From Parcubacteria group bacterium (GTDB lineage: Bacteria > Patescibacteriota > Minisyncoccia > Moranbacterales > UBA2206): a DNA stretch of 64,000 nucleotides. Below are positions 49,698 through 58,789 of this stretch, piece by piece. The notes under the pieces were generated by a model. It ran no database searches and was not told the origin of the DNA. It saw only the letters and a program-made list of their open reading frames with translations. The stretch spans positions 150,026 to 214,025 of the forward strand of contig JBAZYF010000003.1 in assembly GCA_041659505.1 (NCBI GenBank), given 5' to 3'. Both the position numbers and the translations under genes were made by a program. Position 1 is the stretch's first letter; each line of letters opens with the position of its first letter.

Positions 49698-50768
49698 TCA
49701 GAGACAATACCCCGCCTTCTGAACCATTGCCAATTGTTGGAAAGCTAAACCCTTTTCCTTCACAAAACTTTCGGTGTATAGCCAGACTTCGGTCAAAGCT
49801 TTGGAAGACAGCAACCAAGCCGACAATACTTGCGGTGGCATTGAAAACTCAAGCAGGAATGGCTGACAGGAGCCACCTTTTTTGTGACCCTTTTTGGGAT
49901 CCTTGGGCGAAAAAACTCCGAGGGATTTCATCTGGGTCAGCACACCATTCACGCGGACTGGTGTCGGTTCAAGATATCTTTCCAAGAGTTCAATCGTGAG
50001 GCCAGTTTTCAATTTCGCTTGCCGAACCGCGGCACTTTCCGGATTTTCATACATCCGAATGGCACCACCAGGCACTGCCAATGCTCCGGGAAAGTCAGGT
50101 TTTTTTCGGCTGCGATAACCGCAGATGATTGAATTTTTTCCTTCATAGCGATTGACGATGATAGCATCGACTGCTTGGCGTCCTTCCACGAACTGATTCA
50201 CGTCATGCTCGAGCGCCTGGCAGATTCCTTCAAATCCATTGACTGCGCCCATAAGTTGAAGTGTTCCCGGTGCCGCCACTTTCCTGAAACCTTCCCAATC
50301 GCCTCTCTCAATCATTTCCCGCATATCGGTGGAATGGAAAGGAAATTGATATTGTCTCGGCAATTCCATTTCAGGATTGAAAATTCTTTCGAAAGGAATC
50401 GGTAGTTTGCGTGCATAGATCTGGTCAGTGATCATCGCGGTATTGCCAGTCACGAGCCACTTGGCATTGTAGCGTTTTTGCAATTTCAGGATATGCCCAT
50501 ACCATTTCTCAAAATCATGGAAATCGGGCAGATGGATGACCGGCACGCGATCGATATTAATGCCCCGAGCAACAAGACTGGCCAGATACATCTTTTCCCG
50601 ATAGACAGCCGAAAGGGGGTGTTTCTTCATTCCCTGACAATAAACACTGCCCATGACGATCAGAACTCGGTCAAATTCCTCCTCTTTCAAAAGATATTCA
50701 ACATTGATGATATGCCCCCAATGAGGCGGGTCAAGTTTGCCGATAAACATGGCTGTTCTTTGCGACAT
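49698..50768 (-). CDS. Bifunctional-type NadM (NMN/NaMN adenylyltransferase)-Nudix protein
   Basis: FIGKLDPPHWGH (HxGH), MGS, HST.MR; C-terminal Nudix fold with a degenerate box. Confidence 0.88.
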   Translation of the reverse strand: MSQRTAMFIGKLDPPHWGHIINVEYLLKEEEFDRVLIVMGSVYCQGMKKHPLSAVYREKMYLASLVARGINIDRVPVIHLPDFHDFEKWYGHILKLQKRYNAKWLVTGNTAMITDQIYARKLPIPFERIFNPEMELPRQYQFPFHSTDMREMIERGDWEGFRKVAAPGTLQLMGAVNGFEGICQALEHDVNQFVEGRQAVDAIIVNRYEGKNSIICGYRSRKKPDFPGALAVPGGAIRMYENPESAAVRQAKLKTGLTIELLERYLEPTPVRVNGVLTQMKSLGVFSPKDPKKGHKKGGSCQPFLLEFSMPPQVLSAWLLSSKALTEVWLYTESFVKEKGLAFQQLAMVQKAGYCL

Positions 50769-50959
50769 CCGGAACTCCTTTCCGCAAAATTGCGCTTGGA
50801 TTTTTCTCTGATCAATTCTTTAAGGTTAAAGTACTGATTTGAAAAAAATACTTTCAAAAATTCTGGCTATTCTATTGTTAAGTGGTTGAAAAAATTGGAT
50901 CCGGAGCCGAGCAAGATTTTTCTCGCTCGACTCCGAATGTTGATGTTCGTTGAAAGGTA

Positions 50960-51790
50960 CTATGACTGGTCCCAGAAGCCGCCCGTGGTCGGAGTTCCGA
51001 CAGTCTTCAGGCTTCCGCTGATAACCTGACTGGAAAGAGTGCCGATCATGTGTCGGAAACGTCTCTGAATATCTTCCGTGGTTTCACCGGCGACCTTCTT
51101 GAATTCGAAGACATCAAACCCCGTGTCCTTAGCAATTTTTCTGCCATCGACCTTTTCCCAGGTTTCAAAAACGGCAAATGGGAATTGAAAGAGCTCACGG
51201 CTGAGGCCATCGACGAGTGTCTTAACGGAACTGGCCTTGGCCCGTCCCACATTGTCAGCCCCATCACCCAGACCGACGATAATGACTTTGGGTGGCGTAC
51301 CCGTCTGTGAAAAAACATCGGTGGCTTGAGCGCAGGCTGCCGTAATGGCATAGACCTGGGCCTGATACTGATTCGTTGCTGAGCCGGCTTCGGGATCATA
51401 ATCTGCATGAGTCAGATACGGCAGATCTTCAAGTCTTTTGAACCCACCGCCCCAAAGCGGAGTGATGTCAGAGCTGAATGATAGACCACCGATAATGATC
51501 GTTTTGGTCGTCTTTTTGGACGCTCCACGTAATCCATCAATCATAACTTCATTGAACGTCTCAATCAGAACATCCCGGACGTCTTTCATGGACGGTGATC
51601 GGTCGATACAAAAAAACATGATGATCACGTCCTCGGTCTCAATCGTCTGAATGGGCACACCCACGCACATCGGCAGGGTCGTCGCATTCAGATTGGCAAT
51701 CATAATTTTCGAAGTATCGTCTTTGATCCCCAGGTCTGCTGCATCGTCTGTGTTAAACAGATCTGTTACGGACTGAACTGTTGTTGTCAT
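50960..51790 (-). CDS. vWA-domain protein (TerY-like)
   Basis: MIDAS DRSPSM, T in ATNQY, GDGADN. Confidence 0.85.
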   Translation of the reverse strand: MTTTVQSVTDLFNTDDAADLGIKDDTSKIMIANLNATTLPMCVGVPIQTIETEDVIIMFFCIDRSPSMKDVRDVLIETFNEVMIDGLRGASKKTTKTIIIGGLSFSSDITPLWGGGFKRLEDLPYLTHADYDPEAGSATNQYQAQVYAITAACAQATDVFSQTGTPPKVIIVGLGDGADNVGRAKASSVKTLVDGLSRELFQFPFAVFETWEKVDGRKIAKDTGFDVFEFKKVAGETTEDIQRRFRHMIGTLSSQVISGSLKTVGTPTTGGFWDQS

Positions 51791-51892
51791 CTTGTGTTCT
51801 CCTTCTCATTTTCAGAATTTCAGAATAATGTTGGGACGGCGGAAGCGGTTGCTCCCGCCATCGATTCGTTAACGTTTTTCCTGATGCAATAA

Positions 51893-53584
51893 TCAGGCGA
51901 ACAGCTTGGTGCTGGTAGTCACCTGGATGCCCTGGCTGGCCATCCGTCTCAGGAACTCATCAGCGATCCTCCGGTTGTTCGGAAAAACCATACTCGTGCA
52001 GTCCGTCAGGAATTTCACCTTCTGGAGCGCCTGGGGATGTTTTCTCGCGAAGTAGGAAAGAAGCTGGACCATACTGTCATGGACGCAGAAATCCTCGGCC
52101 TCGCCGGCAACACCGACCACATCATAGCGAGCAATCGCATCCAGCATGGCAGTGTTCAACCCGCCATTGGGATGATTGGGACGCTCGATACAGGGGCAGA
52201 AAATTCCATAGTGTTCGGTCGTTGGGACCGAACCCTTGAACAGGAACATCGGTTGTTCCTTCCGAACAATGCTCCACCAATAGATCGCTTCTACCAGCGC
52301 CGGCATCAGCGATCCGCCTTGAGTGCCGACACCGCAATGGTCCGGCCAAATCATGAGCGGGGTCTGATTGTTTTTCTCGAGATCGCCCGGATAGGACTCG
52401 GCTTCTTTGGTAGGCTCGATTCTTGCCCGCATTTCTCCACTGGCAACCATCGAGGCCAAAATCTGCGTGAACACCATTGGATTCTGGTTGGCCTTGTCCT
52501 TCCAATAACGGGAGAAAAAGATTTGCCAGACCAAATGCATGTCCATCGAAAGCAGAAGCGCCGAGATTTTTTCCGGGTATAGATAGATCAGTTCGATGAA
52601 ACGACGCAAATCGTCCACCGCACCGGATACCATCAGCGATCCCGCGGGCTGAAGAATTCTTCCCATGAGGTCCTTAATTTCCTGAAGAATGAAGTCGGTC
52701 TGCATATCAATTCCGACCAGCAGAGTCTTCACCCTATCACTTGATGCGGGTGGAAGATTCATGCGCTTGGCTTCGTCCTCAACCCAGTCGAGCCTTGGCA
52801 AATAGAATCTGCCTGCATCAGCTGGATCATAATATGCCGGCATCTGACGCCCGCGTAATGTTATCCCGGATTTTCTGGGACGAACGGCGGCCGGCAATTC
52901 AGCCTGGAAGTTGATGACTTCACAGTCATACAATTCCGTCAGCTTGCAGTTGGGGGCGATATATTCTTTCATGCCCCGAACACCCTTGTCGTCATAAGTA
53001 TACCCATCGCCCTTGTACTGCTCGCGCAGATGGACGACGAAATACAGGAATGCCCGGGCGTTTGTTGCTGTGTCCGCTGCTTTCTCATAACGCTCATAAG
53101 TCATGAACGCCGGATTTGCTTTTCCTTCGTGATCGACCACGGACATATCACAGCCATAATCATTTTCGAATTCATCAAATGAGGTGTTCTTGAGGACATC
53201 GGCGTGACGGCGCAGGCGATCGGCAATATCCGGATACGCTCTCGAAGTCACTTCGATCATCCCGTCCCAGGTCGCGAGCTGTGCCGGTCCGCCTTCGCGG
53301 AACACGACCAGTTTGACTTCATATCCATCCTGAATTTTCTGGATCGCATAGCCGGGTTCCCACCCGATTTTGATGAGAATCAAAAATCCGGGGGTGCCGA
53401 CCAATGATGCCAGGCCTTCGGGATCTGTCAGCAAAATTAACTTTCTGTCGGGATCTTCGCTCAGGGTTTCAAAATCCTTGGCGCTTCTCCCACGGATCAC
53501 GCGGCCCAAAAGGCCCTGCGTGGTCACTTCTCCAAGGAAGCCTCTTCTGAATGCATTTGCGTACTGATGAACTTGTGTCGTCAT
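51893..53584 (-). CDS. Fusion of an unknown N-terminal domain (about 235 aa) and nicotinamidase/isochorismatase (PncA-like)
   Basis: C-terminal IDMQTDF, DMH, IWPDHC..GTQG, KG..PTTEHY, AGEAEDFCV. Confidence 0.88.
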   Translation of the reverse strand: MTTQVHQYANAFRRGFLGEVTTQGLLGRVIRGRSAKDFETLSEDPDRKLILLTDPEGLASLVGTPGFLILIKIGWEPGYAIQKIQDGYEVKLVVFREGGPAQLATWDGMIEVTSRAYPDIADRLRRHADVLKNTSFDEFENDYGCDMSVVDHEGKANPAFMTYERYEKAADTATNARAFLYFVVHLREQYKGDGYTYDDKGVRGMKEYIAPNCKLTELYDCEVINFQAELPAAVRPRKSGITLRGRQMPAYYDPADAGRFYLPRLDWVEDEAKRMNLPPASSDRVKTLLVGIDMQTDFILQEIKDLMGRILQPAGSLMVSGAVDDLRRFIELIYLYPEKISALLLSMDMHLVWQIFFSRYWKDKANQNPMVFTQILASMVASGEMRARIEPTKEAESYPGDLEKNNQTPLMIWPDHCGVGTQGGSLMPALVEAIYWWSIVRKEQPMFLFKGSVPTTEHYGIFCPCIERPNHPNGGLNTAMLDAIARYDVVGVAGEAEDFCVHDSMVQLLSYFARKHPQALQKVKFLTDCTSMVFPNNRRIADEFLRRMASQGIQVTTSTKLFA

Positions 53585-53680
53585 TGTTCGTTACTCCTTT
53601 TCTTGAGTTGGGATTTTACTGCGATTATTTTTCATTATATACAGATTTACCAAAAAAACTTTCACCACCGACATCCCAAA

Positions 53681-55648
53681 CTATTTGGAATCCGGCGTCA
53701 GATAGAGAATCCGATCACGACTGATTACCAGGACCCCATTTTGATAGCGGAGCAACTGGGAAACGCCGGTGACATAATTCTCTGTTCCGGGAAGGTTTGA
53801 CGTGCTTTGGTCAGCCACTATTTCCATCACGATTCCGTCATCGGTTGCGTGAAGGACAGAGTGACCAAGATAGCCCTTGCCATGGATTGAACTGTACAGC
53901 TTGGCATCAGACACTTTCTGGCGATATGAGCTGAGCACCTTTCCACTCTTCGCTTCAAGTTGCTCGACCCGTACATATTTCGTACCGGAAAGTTTCGTTT
54001 GCCGCATCACAAGCACCGTGTCATTACTGAACCGGACTGAAGTGTCGATGAGTGATTCGGCTTTCAATAGTGCCGAAAGCTCGACATTATGGCGGTCGTA
54101 GGTTCGTCCATCAGGAGCGCCCTCGACCAGGAACCATTTCAACTCATCAAACATCCGATAACACCCGAACAGCAGTTCCTTTTTCAGTTCCGGATTGGAA
54201 CCGACAACGAACCAGGTCTGATTGGGCATCGCCTCAATCACTTCACGTTCCGCCAAGTGATCTCCGAAAAGATCGCCTGACATGATTTTATTGCTCACGA
54301 TGCGATACAATCTGCGACTGGAACAGCCGAAGACCGCACTACTGCCACCGAACTTGGAAGTGGTGGATTTCGTGATCGGCTTGATTTTGGCACCGCTGAC
54401 ATCCAGCAGAAAAAGTTTTGGTTCTTCTTCGGATGGCTTCGGGCAAACAACCAGGGTCTCTTCGAAAAATTCATAGCGCGCTCCGACAGTTGTGGCAAAT
54501 AATTCCTTTCGCTCAATCACTCCCCTAGGTGGTTGGATATACAACACCGTCGTACCGGCTTCATCAGCCAGACAATAGATACTGTCACCGACCAGCTGGA
54601 AATGCAGGATTGCTCCCGGAGTTTCCAGAATGATCCGACTGACACAACCAGCCACTTTCGCGGCCATTTGAGCGGCCATGATTGTTTTAGTTGCGCAACC
54701 AGGACAGTTGCTCCGAGTCGCCGGATACCAGATGTGACAATTGCTGCATTCCACCAGCAGCTCGCTGTATTCGCGCAAAGCATCGATCGGAAATGAATCC
54801 GTGCGTTGCCGCTTGAGATACGCGAGGAGCAGATTGATCAGATCATCAGTCATAATTTCCGGCGGGTTTGCCATTTTGGGAAACCGCACATCCTTGTCGA
54901 GAATGGTCAGGCCATGCTTGGCTCTTTCGAACAGGGAAACGTGCGAACGATGGAAACCACTCCCGAAGGGGTGCGCCATCATGATCGCCCGGAACAAGAG
55001 TACCGCAAAAGAGTAGTAATCATGTTCGGGCTTGAACATCGCTTGCTTCGCCAGATCGATCCCATACAGCTCCGGCGTCAGATAATCATCCGAACCGACA
55101 CTGCAAGGAAAGTTGTTGCCAATCTGCCAGCTATCCGCATCAATCCAATAAATCAGTAATTTATGCAGATCAAAATGCTGGTTCTGATCATTGAGATCAC
55201 CCACTGTCGTATTACCAGCCTTATGAATGCCATCAAGACCCATAAGCATATTGCAAAAGATCTTGGCTTTCATCTGGTTGGTGACGCGATACTGAGTGCA
55301 GAAATCCTGCCGCATCAGCATCGCCAATGGTTCGGCACCGGTTGGCATCAAACTCATCTGGAAACCAATAATCCCCTTGTCAGTTTTATTCCGATAAACC
55401 GGAGCTTCCGGCCCGAAGACTGTTTCAGGGAATTTCAATCCCTTCTGAAAAATGTAGCCTAGCTTTTCTGATCTTGCCGCTGTCGGTTGGTGATACAGCT
55501 TCAGAGCCTTATTGCCACCAACGCCGATGATAACCGCTTCGCCACCTGAACCGATGACTTGCGACTGATCAATATCGACACGCTGGCGATCCTGTCCTTG
55601 ACCGACATAGCAATCTCTATTCTTAACCGTACTTTTAGCTACTGCCAT
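53681..55648 (-). CDS. Ser/Thr protein kinase (TerY-P type) with Zn ribbon and C-terminal beta-rich domain
   Basis: IGSGGEA, ALKLY, VGDLNDQN, IDADSW, YLTPE, DYYSFAV, HPF; CSNC...CPGC; AGGAGG SD before ATG 55648. Confidence 0.9.
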   Translation of the reverse strand: MAVAKSTVKNRDCYVGQGQDRQRVDIDQSQVIGSGGEAVIIGVGGNKALKLYHQPTAARSEKLGYIFQKGLKFPETVFGPEAPVYRNKTDKGIIGFQMSLMPTGAEPLAMLMRQDFCTQYRVTNQMKAKIFCNMLMGLDGIHKAGNTTVGDLNDQNQHFDLHKLLIYWIDADSWQIGNNFPCSVGSDDYLTPELYGIDLAKQAMFKPEHDYYSFAVLLFRAIMMAHPFGSGFHRSHVSLFERAKHGLTILDKDVRFPKMANPPEIMTDDLINLLLAYLKRQRTDSFPIDALREYSELLVECSNCHIWYPATRSNCPGCATKTIMAAQMAAKVAGCVSRIILETPGAILHFQLVGDSIYCLADEAGTTVLYIQPPRGVIERKELFATTVGARYEFFEETLVVCPKPSEEEPKLFLLDVSGAKIKPITKSTTSKFGGSSAVFGCSSRRLYRIVSNKIMSGDLFGDHLAEREVIEAMPNQTWFVVGSNPELKKELLFGCYRMFDELKWFLVEGAPDGRTYDRHNVELSALLKAESLIDTSVRFSNDTVLVMRQTKLSGTKYVRVEQLEAKSGKVLSSYRQKVSDAKLYSSIHGKGYLGHSVLHATDDGIVMEIVADQSTSNLPGTENYVTGVSQLLRYQNGVLVISRDRILYLTPDSK

Positions 55649-56456
55649 GGTCGCCTCCTTTGGGCTCTGTCGATAATCCGACTCCGTCACCGGAATTGAG
55701 ACTGCCGACCAGCTCACCGCTTGCCGAAATTTTTTCCACGATGATTGCACTGCAATCATCTTTGAAAATAAGCTTACGAAGCGAGAGGACTTTCAACGCC
55801 CGCTGCACTCCCAGTTTATCTTCCGTGTGACCCCAAAGGGCGCCCGCTGCTTCCGGCAACATGCCGTCAGAGCAAACTGCGAAACGATTGATAAAACTCA
55901 TCTGATAAGTCTGCACCATGAAGGCATCCGGCACGATTCCGTCTTTGGCTGTCAGATATTTGCGGTCAACTAAATGGTACCCCAAATATCTCGGCTTGTT
56001 GTCTTGATCAATCTGTATGAATTGATCATTAATGACAAGCACCCCATCCCCGGCTGAGAAGAATATGACTCTCTCGTTGTCCGTAATAAATCCGATGATG
56101 GTACAGAGTAGATGGTTGATGATAAAGTTAATCCTTTTGATCGGATCACCTATACTGGTCATCGACGCTATCGCCGAAAGATATCCGATGCAACGCGAGA
56201 ACAGTGCTCCAGGAATTTCTTCCATCGGTACGCCGACCTGCAACATCATTGGAATCTCACTGGCAATATAGCTGACCATGAGATGTGCTCCCGTTTCATT
56301 ACGCGCACCGGCCGAGCAACCATCACAGACTACCCCAAAGGTGTAATTCGTCTTTTCGACGGTTACACGATCGAAATAAAGACTGTCCTGGTTGTTTTTT
56401 CCGACGCGCTTATGATCGTTTCCCGGGAACGACGCGATTCTGAACCGATAATCCAT
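55635..56456 (-). CDS. PP2C-family protein phosphatase (TerY-P type)
   Basis: GNDH...NNQD, VCDGCS, GDG, CSDGM, DDCS; overlaps the kinase start by 14 bp. Confidence 0.9.
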   Translation of the reverse strand: MDYRFRIASFPGNDHKRVGKNNQDSLYFDRVTVEKTNYTFGVVCDGCSAGARNETGAHLMVSYIASEIPMMLQVGVPMEEIPGALFSRCIGYLSAIASMTSIGDPIKRINFIINHLLCTIIGFITDNERVIFFSAGDGVLVINDQFIQIDQDNKPRYLGYHLVDRKYLTAKDGIVPDAFMVQTYQMSFINRFAVCSDGMLPEAAGALWGHTEDKLGVQRALKVLSLRKLIFKDDCSAIIVEKISASGELVGSLNSGDGVGLSTEPKGGDHGSS

Positions 56457-56587
56457 TCCTTTTCTTCCTCCCTATATAAGTGATTTTTCTTCGTAAAATC
56501 TGTTTTTCCAATTCTTCAATTTGTCAATGATCTTTCAGCCAAATAATCGCCTCACAGAAGTGCAAACCGCATTTTTAACTGAACTCC

Positions 56588-56618
56588 GAAAGATACATCA
56601 TACTTCTAGATTTGTCAA
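56588..56618 (-). promoter_or_regulatory. Sigma70-type promoter for the PP2C-kinase operon
   Basis: Minus strand TTGACA-AATCTAGAAGTATGATG(17)-TATCTT. Confidence 0.55.
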
Positions 56619-56865
56619 TACCCCTTACACTCAAAACCTCCCATTCCCAAATCATATTAATCACCCGATTTCGACTCAGTGATAATTCGTATCCTACCCA
56701 GACCAAGATAATAGATACGTTTTTAAAGAACTGCATTGGCCTGATAGCACGCTTCTATTGATTAAAAGCGCCCTATCAAGTCAAGATTTCTTATATTTCT
56801 TTTTTGAATCTGGGAAAAGTGCCACTTAATAGAAACTACAATATCAACGAGTCTTTCCAGCTATG

Positions 56866-56886
56866 TTCACGTATTTTTTACACTTA
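56866..56886. promoter_or_regulatory. Candidate NrtR operator (GT-N7-AC)
   Basis: TTCACGT-ATTTTTT-ACACTTA between nrtR and the PP2C gene. Confidence 0.45.
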
Positions 56887-56940
56887 CTATTATGAAAATA
56901 AAAACAGGAGAAACTGACTGCAAAAAACCTCCGAAACGGA

Positions 56941-57609
56941 TCATAAGATCTGGATCATACTTGCCTTCTTTTGGGTAAAGGTATATAAATCAGCCGGTCT
57001 GCTCGGAAGACCCTTTCTTTGTTTTCCGCTCTTTTTTACTATTCCCAACGAGAGAATCCTTTTTCTAAAATTTCGTTTGTCCAGTTTCTTTTGCAAAATG
57101 ATCTGATAAATGTTTTGTAATTCGCTCAGCGCGAAAGTTTCAGATAGTAGACCATAGGCGATGTTTGTGTATTCTAATTTGGCTTTTAGACGGCCGATTG
57201 CCGTTGCGATTATCTCCGCATGATCATACGCCAGCGCCGGAAATTTACTTATCGGAAACCACTGAACTCCAGCATATTCTTCCGTAGTTTTCAGATCAAG
57301 ATTGCCCCAGGGAATTAGGGCAAAATAGGCGACGGAAACCACCCTCCCAAACGGATCGCGATCTACTTCGCCAAAAGTATAGAGCTGCTCCAGATAAACA
57401 TCACCTAAGCCCGTTTTTTCCAACAGAATCCTCTTGGCTGCGTCATTAGTCGATTCTTCAGGACCAACTAGTCCGCCAGGCGCCGCCCAATATTTTTCAA
57501 ACGGCTTTTTTTTCATCTTAATCAGCAACACCTGAAGCTCATTATCAATGATAGTGAAAATTACCACATCAACCGCTATAACCGCAAATTTGTATTTTTT
57601 TGTAATCAT
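56941..57609 (-). CDS. nrtR: Nudix-related transcriptional regulator (Nudix plus wHTH)
   Basis: AVDVVIF, WAAPGG, degenerate box KRILLEKTGL, LEQLYTFG..DRDP..RVVSVAY, LAYDH, LDKRNFRK, RPA.LY. Confidence 0.93.
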   Translation of the reverse strand: MITKKYKFAVIAVDVVIFTIIDNELQVLLIKMKKKPFEKYWAAPGGLVGPEESTNDAAKRILLEKTGLGDVYLEQLYTFGEVDRDPFGRVVSVAYFALIPWGNLDLKTTEEYAGVQWFPISKFPALAYDHAEIIATAIGRLKAKLEYTNIAYGLLSETFALSELQNIYQIILQKKLDKRNFRKRILSLGIVKKSGKQRKGLPSRPADLYTFTQKKASMIQIL

Positions 57610-57632
57610 ACTATTTAAATATGCTTCCCCAC

Positions 57633-57679
57633 TTAGTGTTATATATACACATATTAATTCATCTTCTCATTTGTGTCAA
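57633..57679 (-). promoter_or_regulatory. nrtR promoter with overlapping NrtR-type operator
   Basis: Minus strand TTGACA-N17-TAATAT directly followed by the palindrome GTGT-N7-ACAC (57636-57650). Confidence 0.7.
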
Positions 57680-57971
57680 GAGCGCCCATGCGCAACTGCT
57701 CAAAGAATGCCAAGCTGATAGTAGTGACATTTCCAAGTAAAAAGTCAACTTGTTTCAGGTCATTTCAAACTCCTCTTTGAACCACCCAGAAATTTCGCCT
57801 TTCCGTATTTCTTCTTTTTCTACCCGGCGAAATTCGCCATGCTTATATTCTTTCTGTCCACTTAGCTTTAGACTAGACACAAAACAGCACAGGGAGCTGA
57901 GTTCCTTTTTTGCCACAAAAAAAGCGCTTAACTCATGGCTAGGCGCTTTTTCTTAGACATGGGAAGAATAA

Positions 57972-58370
57972 TTATTCCGTTGTCTGGCCGTCAAATTCCG
58001 CTTCATTACTTTCCGCCTCCTCTTTAGTGGCTCTGACAATTCCATCTTTATGATGCGCCGGCGAATAAATGGTGTACATTTTTAGCTCTTCGGTTTCGGA
58101 AGTGTTGATGATGTTGTGCTGGGCGCCGGCCGGAACAATGATTGCGACGCCGTCTCGCAGGGCATATTCATTATCATCGATGATGCATTTGCCCTCGCCT
58201 TTTTCAAAGCGAAAAAATTGGTCATTTTCCTCGTGCACTTCCATGCCAATTTCTTCTTTCGGCTTGAGGCTCATAAGCACTAACTGGCTATGTTTACCAG
58301 TGTAAAGCACACGACGGAAATCGGTGTTTTCCAAAGTGTCTTTTTCGATGTTCGCATTGAATCCTTGCAT
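57972..58370 (-). CDS. Cupin-domain protein
   Basis: FRRVLYTGKHSQLVLMSL, EVH...DQFF, VPAGAQHN. Confidence 0.9.
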   Translation of the reverse strand: MQGFNANIEKDTLENTDFRRVLYTGKHSQLVLMSLKPKEEIGMEVHEENDQFFRFEKGEGKCIIDDNEYALRDGVAIIVPAGAQHNIINTSETEELKMYTIYSPAHHKDGIVRATKEEAESNEAEFDGQTTE

Positions 58371-58419
58371 ATATTTTTTGTTAATAATTAAGCTTGGTTT
58401 TATTATACCTCACCCATTT

Positions 58420-58695
58420 TTATTCTTCAATTCTTAGTGCTTTGCCTTTGACAATCGCTTCGGCAACTTTCACTCTGGCGGAAGCTAAGATTCGCTGAAA
58501 AGTGCTCTGCGAAGTGTTCATTTTTTCGGCTGATTCTGTCTGCTCGAGCCCGTCAAAATCCTTAAGCTTCAGCGCTTCCATTTCTTCCTTGGTCAAAACC
58601 ACTTCATCCAGTTGATGCATGGGAATTCCCTGCGGTTTGAAATAATGAGCCTTGGGCTTGAACCTCAGCCTTCGACATATTTTTGGCCTTACCAT
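58420..58695 (-). CDS. DUF134 HTH protein
   Basis: MVRPKICR, YFKPQG, EALKLKD, AEKMNTSQSTF. Confidence 0.9.
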   Translation of the reverse strand: MVRPKICRRLRFKPKAHYFKPQGIPMHQLDEVVLTKEEMEALKLKDFDGLEQTESAEKMNTSQSTFQRILASARVKVAEAIVKGKALRIEE

Positions 58696-58789
58696 ATAAT
58701 TTTTCTTAATTTATTATATTATACCACTAAAAACAAGCTTCTCCCTCTTTGACAGCCAAAGAAAGAGAAAGACTATTTTCAGAAGAAAA

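Noticed and set aside
44189-52582. Long plus-strand ORFs (44189-45031, 46587-47096, 47507-48097, 48155-48682, 52037-52582)
   Set aside because: All are antisense to well-supported NAD-locus genes and lack RBS or family motifs.
57750-57956. Intergenic coding-like stretch between nrtR and the cupin gene
   Set aside because: No convincing start, RBS or recognisable homology on either strand.
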